NCBI GenBank assembly: GCA_000320545.1
Contig: ADNK01001278.1
Coordinates: forward strand, 62,001-126,000
Direction of reading: 5' to 3'
Source of the DNA: Bigelowiella natans CCMP2755
Lineage: Eukaryota > Protista > Cercozoa
Length of the DNA: 64,000 nucleotides
Positions 26,487 to 40,782 of this stretch are shown here, piece by piece (position 1 is the first letter of the stretch; every line of letters begins with the position of its first letter). The translations under genes were made by a program, and so were the position numbers. The notes under the pieces are model-generated. The model saw only the letters and a list, made by a program, of their open reading frames with translations, was not told the DNA's origin and searched no databases.

Positions 26487-28500
26487 CTAGACCAGTACTT
26501 TCTTATTTGGGTCTAGTACAACTGAGGATTTTTTCGCATTCTTGGCCTCTGCGGTTGACTTCACTATCGTTTATACTCATAGGCATCATAATATTTTACA
26601 CAAAGAAGATACTTTCAATATGATAAGGATCCGACTACTGTTACAATTTTTTCTAATCTATACTTTTGACGAAGTAACTAAATTGAGAGGACGGCGAGAC
26701 TGCTTTGAGTCTGTCTGATTCCTGTCATTGTCATCCTTGAAGGAAGGTGACGATAAGTTTGGATATCTTGGATTTGGTCTAACAAGCTGCTCTGATTTGC
26801 CTGTCTGCTTCGTGAATTTCACTAAACTTTTGCCAGTAACGAAGATATTAAAGTTTTCGTTCTGTTGTCTGCCATCGTTTTCTTTCCCAGACTTGACATC
26901 AGAATCCGAAAGGGTTTCGGTCGCATATCTAAGACGAGCTACTCGTCCATCTACAAAACCAGCTGCTCGCTTCTCTTCATCTAACGATATGGAGTTCAAG
27001 CCGTTCGCCCAGTAGTCCGGAGATGGAGGGTGCGAGACATTGAATGTCTAGTATTATGTGCGTGTTTTAGAACTTAGGCATAATATTGGTCATATATGTA
27101 AACATTGGTCTTACCATAAATGAGCGTGCAGATTTACGCGGCGCCTTTCGACGAGGCTGCGGAGAGAGCGTGAAGGCGTTTATGTTGCTGAACTTTTATG
27201 TTGCCTTTATGTTGCCGAACTAAAATCCCTTCTATACAAAGGCGGCAAAATGATTAGCAAACTAGAATCAAAAAGATATTGATTATATAACTTTCGGGAG
27301 GTACCTTTGATGGGCCTTTCTGGGAAAAGCTCAGTTTGGAAGATTCCTGAAAGAAGACACTCCGTATAAATCATGCTACGTTTGTAACTAGGTAAAATAA
27401 TTACCTTGCCCGTACGATACAAATCGTATCTGAACTATTGATTAGTTTTTATGATTGAACCCTGCCGTAACCTCTCTCACTTGAGATTGATAAAAAAGAA
27501 ATGAGAGGGGGAGGGCTTTGCAAGCAAGGAGGCAAGCGAGTCTTTTTCAGAACTGAACGATGTATTAAAGAAAAGCTACATAACCAAGATGAACTGATGA
27601 TTGATGGATACGACTAGCGAGATATTATATAACACGACTATAAATGGGTAACATATTTTACGAATGATGCAAGATGTCATTCATTACACCGAATTACTTC
27701 GAGTATGCTGTAAGACCCAATCTAGCAACAGCATTTATCCTTATGATAATAGAAAATTATTCAGTTTCAAGACTTGATAGCTACCTGAGTTGATAAAATT
27801 ATGGGGGAATTATCAGGTAATAACGTTGTACACTTTTATTTTGGTATGAATAGCATTATAAATATACCTTCTTTTAAAAGCATCGACGAAATATCATGTA
27901 GAAAAATGTTTTGTGTCGTAGAGGAAAGATAAATTCCTTTGCTCAAAATTTATCATTATATTTCATCGGGAAGCGAAGTGGCCGGCGCTTACGACTGTTG
28001 ACAGACTGGCTGCCGAGAAAGTGTGTTGTGCAGCAAAATAATAATTTATTTTTATGGAAAATATTAAAACGTGAAAGGGACTCCTGGGATAAACATGGCA
28101 TTTTTGTAAAAAACCTGACTCCGTCTGTCCTTCAGATACCTAATTTTCCTTGATTTAAGCCCTGTTTTGAGCCGATATTTTTCAAAGCATTGTTGAAAAG
28201 AGGTGGCGAGTTTCTCATAAAAGGAGGTGGATTTCTCATGAAGAGCAAAATTTAGAACTCAGAAAAAGAAAATCCTCCTACGTAAGTATGATTGGTTAGA
28301 CTATAATAGTCTTGATTGATTTGACAAGATTTTTGACTAGTTTTCCAGGAGCATCGCAATCTTTTCCCCGAGGTGAATTCCAGACTATTTACCAGCATTT
28401 TATCATCTCGGTAATCGATTTCACTCAGGAATGCCCTGTTGCATATGCCCTTCGGAATCCAAAGATCTGTTAATATCGAGATGGGTTCCGAAAGAGGCAC
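26487..28500 (-). CDS. Hypothetical multi-exon protein (ends uncertain)
   Basis: Open exon-like segments 26658-27045, 27116-27188 and 28283-28500 with plausible splice sites. No recognisable domain. Confidence 0.4.
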
Positions 28501-28734
28501 GATACTTGTTCTGAGTTAGAATTAAATCAATACGGAGAATAACTGTAAAATAATATGAAATTTAGTAACTTTCCTGAATTTATACTCTAATAATGTCGTT
28601 ACAGAGTAAGAAAACGATAGAAACAAATGGTTATTTTTGCGATAAAAATCATCCAGAATTTTGTTCGATTTGTAAGGGTATAAAACTGACCACCACATCC
28701 TTGATCCAATGAATGGCTTACGTTGAGAAAAGCA

Positions 28735-29587
28735 ATGGATTCTGTTAAGGCAGTCGTGATAGGAAATTCAGGAGTGGGAAAGACCGCAATGCAACTGAAG
28801 CTGGTTCAAGATTACTTCCCGCACGAGCATGTTCCTACGGTGCGCAATTATTTGCAAAGTTGCCCTTCTTTTCTCTTTTGCACTTGGAAGATCTGATTCA
28901 CAATATTTCAGACTTTCGAAATTTATCAAGCAGGGATGCTCTGTAAGTCTCAGGTATTAAGTAGGACTGAGATGGAAATAGATTAAGGAAAAAGTTAATG
29001 AGGGGGAGGAAGGAGGAGGGGAGAAGGAGATGATATTCATGACTAGTTTGCCAATCATCAGCTTGTACAGCTAAACCTCTGGGATCTCGGCGGTAAAAGA
29101 GATGGAAACACTCTTCTTATGTTAGAAAACCAAGCTCTTCGGGTACAAAATCCTGTATTTATTTTTCCCCAAGGAACGTAACCGATCTCCCATGTTAGTC
29201 GATGGCAGGTGCAATGCTTAGCCAACGCAAGAATGAGATGGTCAAGATCTTAAGCGAGCACTTATGTGAGTTTGAAAAAGGGGTTATAAGTACTATAGCT
29301 GGATACAGTGTCCAGGTACTACATAATCAATTAATTTTCAGTCTCATACAATTTTAACATCCATTATGACAATTTTAACATCCATTATGTGAAGGTGAGC
29401 ATCCACGAAGTAGTCTATCCAAAAGCGGACGTGTTCGTACTGTGCTATTCTCTTAGCGACGAAGCTAGTTTGAAGGTGTCTTATGATACTGTAGAAACGT
29501 AGACAATATACTAGAAATATATATAATATTATAGAATAAACATAGTCTTATGTATTCTTATAAATATATTTAAATACAAAGTCTTCT

Positions 29588-29667
<80 letters not shown>

Positions 29668-30090
29668 TCATTTCAAAATGACTTTCTTCATCCAGAGCTT
29701 GTTAGAAGACTGGGGACCTGAAATACAACGCTGGTATCCAAATGTACCTAGAGTGCTTATGGGTCTGAGGGAAGACGAAGAGAATAAAAGTCCTCTAAAT
29801 TTTTACTTATCTTATTGCCATAACTTCATGAAAAATATTTTGTACGCTCAGCAATACCTCTTAAACTCATTGAAGAGGTAGTCAATGCTTTGGACGTCAC
29901 GGAGCATCTTAACTTCCGCCTTTCTGCAAAACACTGCAATACGGTTCGGTTAACCTCTCGTAAGAGTAATGATGGAACTTATTCTCGTAATTCAATACAT
30001 TCTCAGAATGACATCGCGGAAAAGTTTTTAAAAATGATTGGCCATGTTCTTCAATGCCGGCGATCGAATGTCTTAAGAGGGAAAACTTAA
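28735..30090 (+). CDS. Divergent Rho/Rac-like small GTPase
   Basis: MDSVKAVVIGNSGVGKT (G1), HVPT|TFE (switch I), LNLWDLGG (G3), YPKADVFVLCYS, WGPEIQRWYPNVPRVLMGLRED (G4), LSAK (G5). Confidence 0.85.
29598..29666. repeat. Compound (CT)n(GT)n intronic microsatellite
   Basis: Directly visible. Confidence 0.9.
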
Positions 30091-30760
30091 CCAAATAATA
30101 AAGTGATAAATATTATTGTGCTATTCTGCCGTTGATTGACATCTAGGTATTATGCTTATACCTATACGACGATACGATATTGTGCGAAGCAGCAACTGCA
30201 CTGGCTAGCCATGTTTGTATGCTGCGCCATTTGTTGGCGTGGCATGGTGCACACAAAATTCCGTAAGCGAATTCACAAGCTTAGCTAGCGTAGACAACAG
30301 GACATGAATGTATGTCGAACCGCGTATATGAAGCCGTTGCAGCAAGCAAGCTAGTTGTAGACAGGCAGTCACATATTTAACTAGTAGTGCTCCGCACGCA
30401 GACTACATCTAACAAACTTAAACCCATCATTGTGAACATTTATGAAAAATTCCAAGCTCATCATTCCCGCTTGCTGCGCTGTTCTTAACTGCCTGCTACG
30501 TCCTAAAATCATCATGATAGAATGCGATAGAGATCACATTTGTTTGGCTGGATAATATCCTTATAAATTTTTGGTTGAAGGCAAAAGTGAGTAGGAATTT
30601 TATTATGGGACTTGACAAGACCAATGCGAATCGCCAATCATTTGTATTGTGGCAATAGTTCAAAATTGCATTTTTGGCAATTTTTGCAGGCGTGACGGCG
30701 TGACTAGCTAATACAATGGTGCACAAGGCTGGCCAGGCAATCCAATATAATCCGTACAGG

Positions 30761-31684
30761 CTATCGCAGGAACGGTATACCTGCTACATACTCTACAAAC
30801 TCGAGCGAAGAATGCTAATTTTACCTTTGGCAAATCCTAGAGGTAACACCTCACTGTAAAGTCCACGCTGACATTGCGATACCCGATTTCTTGCAGCTAT
30901 AGCAGCTTCAATACTCCTCCGGAATGCGGTGCCTTTAAACTTGTAAAACCCAGAGGCAAGAAGCTCCTCAGCCGTTACCCATTTAGCCGATGCAATTTCG
31001 TTTTTCTGATGATAATTATCAATTCAATCGATAGAGGCCATTTATTGAAAATCAGGACGTGTGGCTACTTGCAGAGTGAGCTTCGGTTCGAGCGATTTTG
31101 TTCGTAGAACACAGGTGCAAAATAGATCTGAGGCCCCGGCCCTAACAATGTTGCCCCCTGATTTATAGGCCTTTAGAAATTCATAAAAAAAGACGAAACT
31201 TTACTAACTACTGATATTTTCACTCATATACCATTTCTCGGTCTGAGGTGCAGGATGGAAGTCAAAGCCTCGAAGTGGCATTCTACTCCTGTCTCCTCAA
31301 ACACCTCACGTAGTACCGCCTATGCAAAAGAAATTAGAATATAACCACATGTGCACAAGGCTGCTGCTTATGCCAGAAGATGAGACACGATCTCACTTTC
31401 TGAATTGACTCGCATGAATCAGCTTGACCCCCTGGAAGCTTCCATATACCAGAACGTGCAGCAGGACCACTCTTCTCCTTTACCACCAGGATTCGTCCAT
31501 CTCCACGAACAACGAGCCCTATTGTCACAAGCACACTCATGTCCTTCCTTATAGGGCCTTTGCGAGATAGCGTCACGCTTTGCATGAGTATATATGAAGA
31601 GTCTCGTTGCAGAAGAAAGACACATACATGTGCATAATAATAACATACATGTTAATGTAAAAAAAATTGTTTATATACGTATAT

Positions 31685-31725
<41 letters not shown>

Positions 31726-32346
31726 TATATGCATCATATTGAAAAGAACGTCGCTTTCTGAAAACCTGCGACGCCTAGAAAGTGTGATGGTCCAGAGGGT
31801 AGATTATTTTTAGTCAATCCGTCACGAAGCCAGAGTGAGAGGATGAGTCGATCACCGACACCCATGGTTGCATGGAACTTGAATCCTAATCTAAGTAGCA
31901 ACATCACACATTCTGATTGAACGCTCAGCAGGTACACCTATCCTATCACATAAAGAAATAATCGGTTCATCATCGTCGTCGTCAGAACTCATCTGTCTTC
32001 CTTCCCCATTCCCCGGCGGGAGGTGATAAGCGGTGATATTTCATCATACTCGACGGCGGATGGTATCAAATTTGCCTGTGCAGTTGGGATTTGCAAGAAA
32101 ACCCCCTTCCGGCCAGCAGAGCGCCAAGCTGAGCAGGATTCGCATAGTCGCTCTCTGAACTCTTCCTGGATAGACAGTTAAATTTCGGAGTCAATAGGAC
32201 AGAGGAGGGAGAAGTGGGAAAATCTGAAGTACCGGGGAGATGTGTTGGGGCGCGGATAAGAGCACGCTAGAGTAGGCGTCCGTGCGGTGAGGAAGCACTC
32301 GAGATGCAGGTCGATCGGCCAACTTTTCTTCTTTGCGACGTTCCAT
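30761..32346 (-). CDS. Nudix hydrolase, NUDT6/AtNUDX8-like
   Basis: TDAYSSV, WRSAGRKGVFLQIP, LGFKFHA, LPSGPSHFLGVAG, ILVVKEK, and Nudix box WKLPGGQADSCESIQK|AVLREVFEETGV, then SDLF and EIASAKW. Last exon uncertain. Confidence 0.88.
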
Positions 32347-32418
32347 AAAGGAAGAAGTGTGGGGCAAAGGGTGTCAAGCTCTCGTAGTAGTAAGTAGTAG
32401 TAATAGTAGTAGTAGTAT

Positions 32419-32452
<34 letters not shown>

Positions 32453-32736
32453 TGAAGGTTTTGAGGAGGAGGAGGAGGAGAGGAGGAGGAGGCACAGGTA
32501 CTGGCCCTGCTCCTTCCCGACAGTCAGACAGACGGACAGACAATGCCCTGCTAAAAAGTGCCCGAAACTGATGTCGTAGGGAAGAAATCACCTTGTCCTG
32601 TAATATTCCCTCCGAAAAATAGCCACAGTAGTTGTCGCAGGGAAGGAATTGCATTGTTTCGGTGTACGTCGATCGCCTTACCGCTGTGAATCTCAGCACG
32701 TTTGCAGCGACTACTCGACTTTGTTCGGCGATCTAG

Positions 32737-35152
32737 ATGATCGTCCTCGCCTTGGTGCTGTGCACAACCGTGCTTCCGATTGCCACGGGCATTCCCTTTT
32801 CATCCTGCTTGCTCTGTGGGGCTGCACTGACCTTAGGTAAGAACAATTCATCATCCCATTTTATCTTTTCCTTGCGAGCAGTGAAATGTAGCAAAAATTA
32901 CGGGCTTAAGGGCCGGCTAACAACACAAGCATATGATCTTACAAGGTATGACAGTGTACGGAAAGCTTGTTCCCGGCACGATGCCAGGATGCATGTCCAA
33001 AATAAACGCCAAAGATTTCAGGTGTCTGTGATTGATTGTATTATATTTTTCCTACCGGCGATAATAACTTGAGATGAGAGGAGGCTAACACACCAGTCAT
33101 CCAATATCGCCCCACCCGCAGGCAAATTGGTACGAAGCTTCGAGATAAAGTAAGGCGTAGCGAAATCAAGTTCGAGGGTAAGGGGGAGGAGAGTGTTCGA
33201 ATAAGGACGCGAGATCGGCAGAGCAAACTTGAGGCAATGGTGCAGGTAGCTGTCCTCGATTGATGTGGTTGATGTCACAGAAATAAGAAGTAAGCCATAA
33301 CATATTTATCTGAGCAGGTGGGCAACGAGAGGAATGATATCGCGATAATCCTGACCCATCCGTGGGGGAGGCTGGGGGGAAACATGGATTTTCCAATAGT
33401 GAAGCATGTCCGTATATCTATCATTCATTCATCCCAAAAATGAAAATAAACCCAAAACCAAAGAGTGCAAGAGAACAAAGCGACACACCCTTACTAACCA
33501 AGATTTCATGCGATTTTTTGGGTTCGTTTCAGCTGTGTGGAACAGCGGTTCATTTAAATCACGAAAGTAAATGCCTCATTTCAGCTCGCGAAGTTCTTCG
33601 GCGGCCTTGGGTTTACTGTTTGCCGGTTCAATTTTCGTGGTGTTGGAGGCTCCACAGGATCTGCCACCTTTTCTGGTCATACCCAAGTTTGCCTTTTTGC
33701 ATCCATATCTCGTCTTTGCTGCGCCACTCCCTTGCTCCCTCTCTCTTTCTCTATTTCTCTTAATCTATATCTATATCTATATCTCTTCATGCGAACGTGT
33801 GCACGTGTTTTATTGAGAAACCAAGAAATCACGAGAGAAGTACGATTTGAATAAGTGGAAAATAAAAGAAAGAAATCTGCTTTGGTAACAAGAACAATGC
33901 TTTGTCAGTGCTTAATCTAATGACATGAAACAGCACGAGGGGAGGAGGAAGACTTACATAGCGTGATTGATTACGTAACTGGAAAGTCGAAGCTACACGT
34001 TACAGGGCCAAAGATTGCCTGCAAGTCTGTAGTGCTTATCGGCTATTCCTATGGAAGGTGTAACCACTTGAACAAATGTACTCCTTTCGGCTGTGACGAT
34101 GATGGTGGTGCTGATAATGATGATATTAATGCTGATAATAATTGAGAATAATATGATGAGGAGGATGCTATGATGAGAATATCTATTCATTAGCTACTAT
34201 TATCTCTGCTGTGGTTACTCATACCATCTCTAGTATAATTGCAGGTTCGTTGGCTGGTAGCAGAGAGGAAGTGCGTGCTCTTGCGACGATATCGTATCCG
34301 TAATAAGAAAATACAAATATCAGTTCTCATATTTTAACACTACCGCTTTGAGTATCACACTAAACAAGAAACATCATGAGAAATCAATTTTACCATCGTT
34401 CGTCTTAATGATTGTAGTTACACTTGGAATTGGGCTCTTGCCGTTGGAAACCATAGAAGGATGCTCAACTTAGCTTCTAGTGAGTAAACAGAAAATGATT
34501 GTTTTTGCACATTTAACCCTCATTCTCATTCTACTGCTACTACTATTTGATGAAAAAGATGCAAAGTGCGGACTATGGATAATGGGAACAGACGATGACT
34601 TCACATCTGCATCATCATTCATGTGCGAGAGCTAGATATGAAACTAAAAGCAATTCTATTCTTTGAGAATAACTTGTGTATCGTATGAATCAATAGCTCA
34701 GGACAAATATTGTCCAACCGAATGGGGAAACAACGACGACGCAATTTAAATACTTTCACCATTTTGTGTGTGTTTCTATTTCAACATTCCTTTACTCTTA
34801 TCACTGACCCCTCACCTGTGGTTGTTGGCAGGGGTCTTTGTCGCGGCTTGCAAGGGGATGCACAAGCAGTGCTAGTGGAGGGGCAGAGTCATCATTGGTT
34901 CCAGGTGAATAGTGATGAGACGGTGTAGAGAAGCCAGTGAGAGAAAGAAAGGAAAAAAGCATGATTAAAAGAGCCTTTGCAAATACCATGAAGCCAAGCA
35001 GCTATTGTCAAATGCTACCACAATCTCACATACCGAGAGCTACCGTAGTGGATATAAGTAAGCTCGTCGTCAATTTCTGTGAGCAAGAGCATTTGAGCAT
35101 TTGTATATCATTGATATCTAGATATGTGTGCGCGTTTTGTGTGAAATCTTGA
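32737..35152 (+). CDS. Alpha/beta-hydrolase with N-terminal signal peptide
   Basis: THPWGRLGGNM, nucleophile elbow GYSYG, GTDDDF and GQSHHWF give a Ser-Asp-His triad. Hydrophobic leader MIVLALVLCTT. 3' end approximate. Confidence 0.82.
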
Positions 35153-35159
35153 TGTCACT

Positions 35160-35505
35160 CAATCTTTAGGCTGAGCTGTCTGTTGCGTGCATCATCTACG
35201 ATTGGCTAGTGAAGAAGGGAATTAGCACTGCTTGATCGGCACGCAGAGAAATTGTTAGAATTGTGCTTTGGCTGTCAAAATATTTTTTGATTGAGGCATG
35301 GCCCAACATCGGTGCCAAATCATCCGCTTCGTCACATGACAGCACAGTTGGATTGGACACTTTGGTTTCTTCTCCCATCTTGCACACTTTTGAACATTAG
35401 TCACGAAGTTCTTTTGACAAACCTTTCAACTTGACAACATCGTCCAAGCAGATTCTCCCCTTCAACAACTCTTCGTCTTTCCCGTCCAATGTTGAGAATA
35501 CTCCT
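35160..35505 (-). pseudogene. Possible degenerate coding relic in TpA-poor spacer
   Basis: About 100 codons of protein-like frame with one stop (LDGKDEELLKGRICLDDVVKLKGLSKELRD*CSKVCKMGEETK...). Confidence 0.25.
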
Positions 35506-36475
35506 TACACACAGCTAGACAGAGGCAAGCCGTCCACAACCCAACTGAGGAGAAGCGAAGAACGATGCCGACCTTTGCGAACTATAGAACAACATGGTGT
35601 CATGTGATGTTTCGCACATGTGACACTTTGTGCACTGTGCATGTCGGGATGTACATCTAGACATCCCTTGCTAGCTTGTCCCTTGAACAATACCCTCATG
35701 ACTAGATGAAGTGAAAGTGACTAGGTGAAATGACATGATGCAATGCAGTGCAATGCTACAGCAGCGCAATGCAGTAGCATCGCTTTGCGAGCCGGTAGTG
35801 GGCTTGCTAGCTTGCTCTAGTGCTCTCACATGGCACTCTACTAGTCTAGCACTAACTGACAAGATTGGTGGTCGTCATGATGATATGATGATTTTGTCAT
35901 CATCGTCACTTGCTAGCTTGCACACATCACACGCATGCTAGCATGTCATGTAGTGGTCTTCGAGCCTAGCTAGCTAGCTAGCTAGCAAGTCTGGAATTAC
36001 GATGCATCGCAGATGTCCATGTCTAGACAGATGTGCATGCACAGAGTGTGTGCTCCATGGCATGCTATCGCTAATGGTTAGCATCCATCGCGTCTCCCGT
36101 ACCGTAGCGTAATATATATCTCTTACATAGACATGCTAGCATGTGCTGTGTGTGCGTCATGAGAGATTGTACGTAGAGCGCGCTAGCGCACTGCATGTGC
36201 AGTACATATGCGCGCGAGTTTGTGTTACAACGCGCTGCCGGTGGTTAAGTTTGTGTCGATCGATTAGATCGTAGCGAATGTTAAGAGATACGACAAACTC
36301 AATCTTATTTGCAGCACACGACAACCATTATGACGTAGACTTTATCAGACGGCAGTGTCAACGCAACAAACTGCTCTATGAAGCACATTACTATTTCGGT
36401 AAGGACAAGCCTGATATTCTCCCGTTGAAGCTCATTACAGCTTACGGGACCTTTTATCAACCATAGACTAGTGCA

Positions 36476-38599
36476 TTACTTTCCAAAGGCTTGCAGTAGA
36501 GATGCTGTTACGATATTTTCCTTCCCGGTCGTTTCAGAACTGCTAGGAAGTTTCTCTACCACCTTATCATTACCACCAGGAAGCTTTTTAATAGCTACGT
36601 TAGGCGATCTAAAACTCATAGGAGGGCGAGTTCGCTTCATGTTCATTGGAGAATTGAATCCCTTGTATTTATCCTAACACACACATACACACACATATCA
36701 AGAAAATGTAAAAGTTAACTTGCAATAACAATTTGTACTACATGGAAAATTGTAGGCCCTCGAACGCGCGAGTAGACAGGCTTCGGGCTTGGATTAGAGA
36801 AGGTGCTCCCTTCAGACTCCTTCTCGATATTTTTCGATCCAGGTAGGTTCTGTGCTCTCTTCAAAAGAGCGTCCATGCGCTCCTTAAGACTAGCTGCGGA
36901 ATTCCGTTTGAAGGTTGTACGTCCATTCGTTGTTTCCCCCTTTGGTGCAGCATGCTCAACATCCTTCTGCTTATGATTGAATGGGAGGGATACGATGCTG
37001 GAGACTACCGGTTTCGATGCTACATCAGTTTTCGTAGTGATAGTCTGTTTCAAATTCGTTGATGCTGCCGAGAAGAGAAAAACTGGTTTAGGCCCCTTTA
37101 AGCATGCTTCTGCTGGCTTTGGAGCTTCTCCATGTGCTGGACCCTCCTTCATTGGCTCTTTTTTGGCGGCAGCATTTGCAACATGGCTACCTGTTTCTTC
37201 CGTGATTTGTACCAACGGAGAAGAAGAAAGTGTGCAGTCCTTAAATTTTGATGTCACATCATCCATTGAAGGCGTCGACGGACATCGTGTAGCTGGTCGA
37301 GAAGGCCATTTGAGTTCTTTCACTTCTGTTTCACCTAAAACCAAACATTCTCATTCTACGAATAATTTTTTGTTGGAGATACTGAATGCAACTTCAATAA
37401 TTTGACCTTTAAGGATTACATCTTCATAGTTCGTGGAGTTAGTTGGTCCCTACCAGTTTGCTGCTTCTGCTGCAAGTTACGACTGTATCGACCATCCCTA
37501 AACAATGAGATTTTACGGTGTCAACTTGTTAGTTTACTTTTGTGATAGATTATATGCATATTAAACAGATCTGGATTCATAGTTGCAATTTTTGAGGATG
37601 GTTTATAGACACACATAATGCATAAACTGTAATATGCTATTGTTCGTGATTCAATGTTCCCTCTTTTACTATGACAATCCCATTACAGCAATAGCCATTG
37701 AAATAATTCGGTCACTTTCCGAAATAAGGATTCTTCCGAAATTGAGAGTACCTTGTATTAACGATTTTCGTTGTCCCATCAAATGCATATGGAATAAGAG
37801 GGCTTTGCATCACATGGCGTCCTTGCCCTTGAACAAAAATTTGATTTTCATTCCAAACGATATTTCTCTCATCATTGAATGTGTATTCTCCTTCAGGAGA
37901 TTGCAGGGAATTTCTAGGTTGCTGAAGTTGCTGGGGAGTTAGGAGAACAGGGGCCGGCCTAGTAAGGCGGGCGGGGGAAGACATGGCTACAGATATGAGT
38001 TCTTCAGGTAATGTTCCTCGCATGAACATAGAATTTCCTGCTTTCTGTAAGAAATTATCAGTCAAAACGCCTTGCATCACCAGATTTAATTTTTGTTACC
38101 GGGATTCCGATATCCCAATTTAGTGGTTTTGCTCTGTGACTCGAATACCCAAATCCTGTTTCGCGGACTTGTCTCGATGGCGCCAACGGTTTTGTAGGAA
38201 TCGCCTATGTTTAGGACTGTATTGGTATATCTCTGCGTTGTTTTGGTACATTTCAAGAAGATGACCGTTGGACGTATGCGAATTGTTCGAATTTAAAACA
38301 CGAGCATTGGAAATGAAGCAAAAGCTAGTGTCGCATCCAAAGTATGACCTGTGTTCATTTGTATTTTATTTGAGCTGCTTGCTAATTGATTTTACTTCTC
38401 AGATTTGATGAGCACTTTGCAAGACGACAATCCTAAAATGTTCCGATTCGATCGCATTTAAAGATGTTTCGAAGTCGAATGGGATAATGTACGTGCGACA
38501 TGACGAACATTCGGTTTTTAGCTCTTTGCTTTCACGTTTCTGATCACCCGAAAACCGTCTGCCTCCCCGCGCTGAAGAAGCTACTCGTACCAATTTCAT
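36476..38599 (-). CDS. Hypothetical largely disordered Ser/Pro/Lys-rich protein
   Basis: Long exon ORFs 37712-38080 and 36715-37344, and a last exon ...TGKENIVTASLLQAFGK*. Start uncertain. Confidence 0.6.
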
Positions 38600-38737
38600 T
38601 GTCAATCAGAGGTATTAAGTTATAGCATCTGGACTTGCTTTGCAAATTGTATGTTTGGGATATCAGAAATGCCACATGTGGTAGAGCAGTTCGATAATCC
38701 ATCATTTACATAATGAGCATTCATTAGGTTCAATAGA

Positions 38738-39568
38738 ATGGCTAACGTTGCCTCTTCCTCCGATGGTGCCAAAGCCATCAGCGCTACCTCCTCAGATTCT
38801 AGATTTCCTGTTTCCAATGTTATCGATGGGTATTGTAATGCTTATAATTCAAGTCTGTGCATGCAACATTCTCAAATTATTGAACACAAAAGCCTGGAGA
38901 AAAGACAGCAAAATCATGATATATGTAACACTCTCTATGTAACGTTTATAAGATGGTATGTAATCGTAGATTAGACCAAATTTATGAGAAAATATATACA
39001 TGTGAATGTCTTCATATCTCCACATTCGAGTAAAACTCCCACCACCACTGGGCATGTTAAAAAAATTAAAATTAACTTTGACACTGTCAGCGATTCCAAA
39101 ACGTGCTGGGTCACCACGGGGCTTTATCCACAGGAATTTATAATTGCTTTTCCTGAATCGGTGTCCATTGCTCGTATAAGGACGCAAACACGAAATGGTG
39201 TGTAAATATATTCACTGAACAAAGGCACTAGACTGAAAGCCTTCATACCAATTGATTTTCTGCTTTGACGCTTCTACACTTTTCGTAGTGAGGAACATCA
39301 CGGTAGAGTACTGCGATCAGAGGCAGCCAACAAGCTTTGAAACATTATACGGCCCCGTAGGTAACTAGTGAAACTCTCCATCTCCTTTCAAAACATGTAT
39401 TCAATGAACAGCCAAATTACGATGCAATCGCCTTCATTTTTTTCAGAGATCAAGGACGAAGGCACTGGCTTACAGATTGAGTCTCAGCAGGTGATGAGAA
39501 AGCATATTGCCACATATGCAAACGTGCATACGCTTGACACGCTCATAGGCACGCGTGCACAAACACAA

Positions 39569-39609
<41 letters not shown>

Positions 39610-39824
39610 CCAAGCAAGTAGACACTTGTATAAAAAATTAATAAAAGGTCTTCACATTACGATGATATATTATTCTTTTGAATTTTATGCTACTCGCAAA
39701 GTGATTTTGGTAATTTTCTTATGATTAGTGTAAGCAAACAAGCTGCAGATTTCTGAAAGTGAAAATATTATCGGGCTGGAGTGACTTCGCTGTAGTTTAC
39801 TCATTTGAGGCAGAAGGTTCTTAA
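38738..39824 (+). CDS. IFT25: Intraflagellar transport protein 25 (HSPB11)
   Basis: Five exons: ATSSDSRFPVSNVIDG|DSKTCWVTTGLYPQEFII...|...PTSFE...|...GLQIE..|..RFLKVKILSGWSDFAVVY. Confidence 0.95.
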
Positions 39825-40046
39825 CTAAGTTCACAAACTTTCATTCTCCGATCAAATTTCTTTTCTTTAACAACTGAATCTTTTTTGATATACCAGGTGG
39901 GATGTGAATGTTAAATATAAAGTTGCAAATGATAAAAGAGCAATTGTTATTTAAATTTGCACGTTTAATCATAAAATTCAATTTAACGTTCTTGCTCCGC
40001 TCAAACATTGAATGTGTCAATTTGCTTGCCGGCTCTGATTTAAAAT

Positions 40047-40215
<169 letters not shown>

Positions 40216-40583
40216 TATTCGCTCGTATCGCGCACAAAGCCATACAGCTACATACGTCGCCTCGAAGTTAATAAATGTGCAGCAAGATACACATGATGTC
40301 ATCTATGCAGTGCACAAGATTATGACATATACTTGCGCGCGCCATGTCGATTTAGCTTTTCTACCGTACCGCTGTGCGATGCTGCTAGTTCCATTCATGC
40401 AGATTGTTAACTCTAGCTATAAACATACACGCAGTGCACAGAATTCGCAAATCATAGCATAAATCTCTCAGTCGCATTCTATGTCTATAAATATTGTGAT
40501 GCATGTGTAGCGCGCATGTGATACGATGCACAATGATACATCGCAAATGAATGCAAGCAATAGTATATAAATAATAGACAAAG

Positions 40584-40635
<52 letters not shown>

Positions 40636-40782
40636 TTATATTACGTTGTCTATAATAAATATTACATTGTCTATAATGTAATGCACCTTTGACCATCATC
40701 ATGTGCGATGCCTTCGCAGGATTATTATGTATATAAATAAAATTACTGAATTAAATTTAAACTAAATTCGGTCATTTATCAT

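Noticed and set aside
32418-32699. ORF as an N-terminal extension of the Nudix gene
   Set aside because: An in-frame TGA lies just upstream of the ATG at 32346, and I found no splice phase linking the two.
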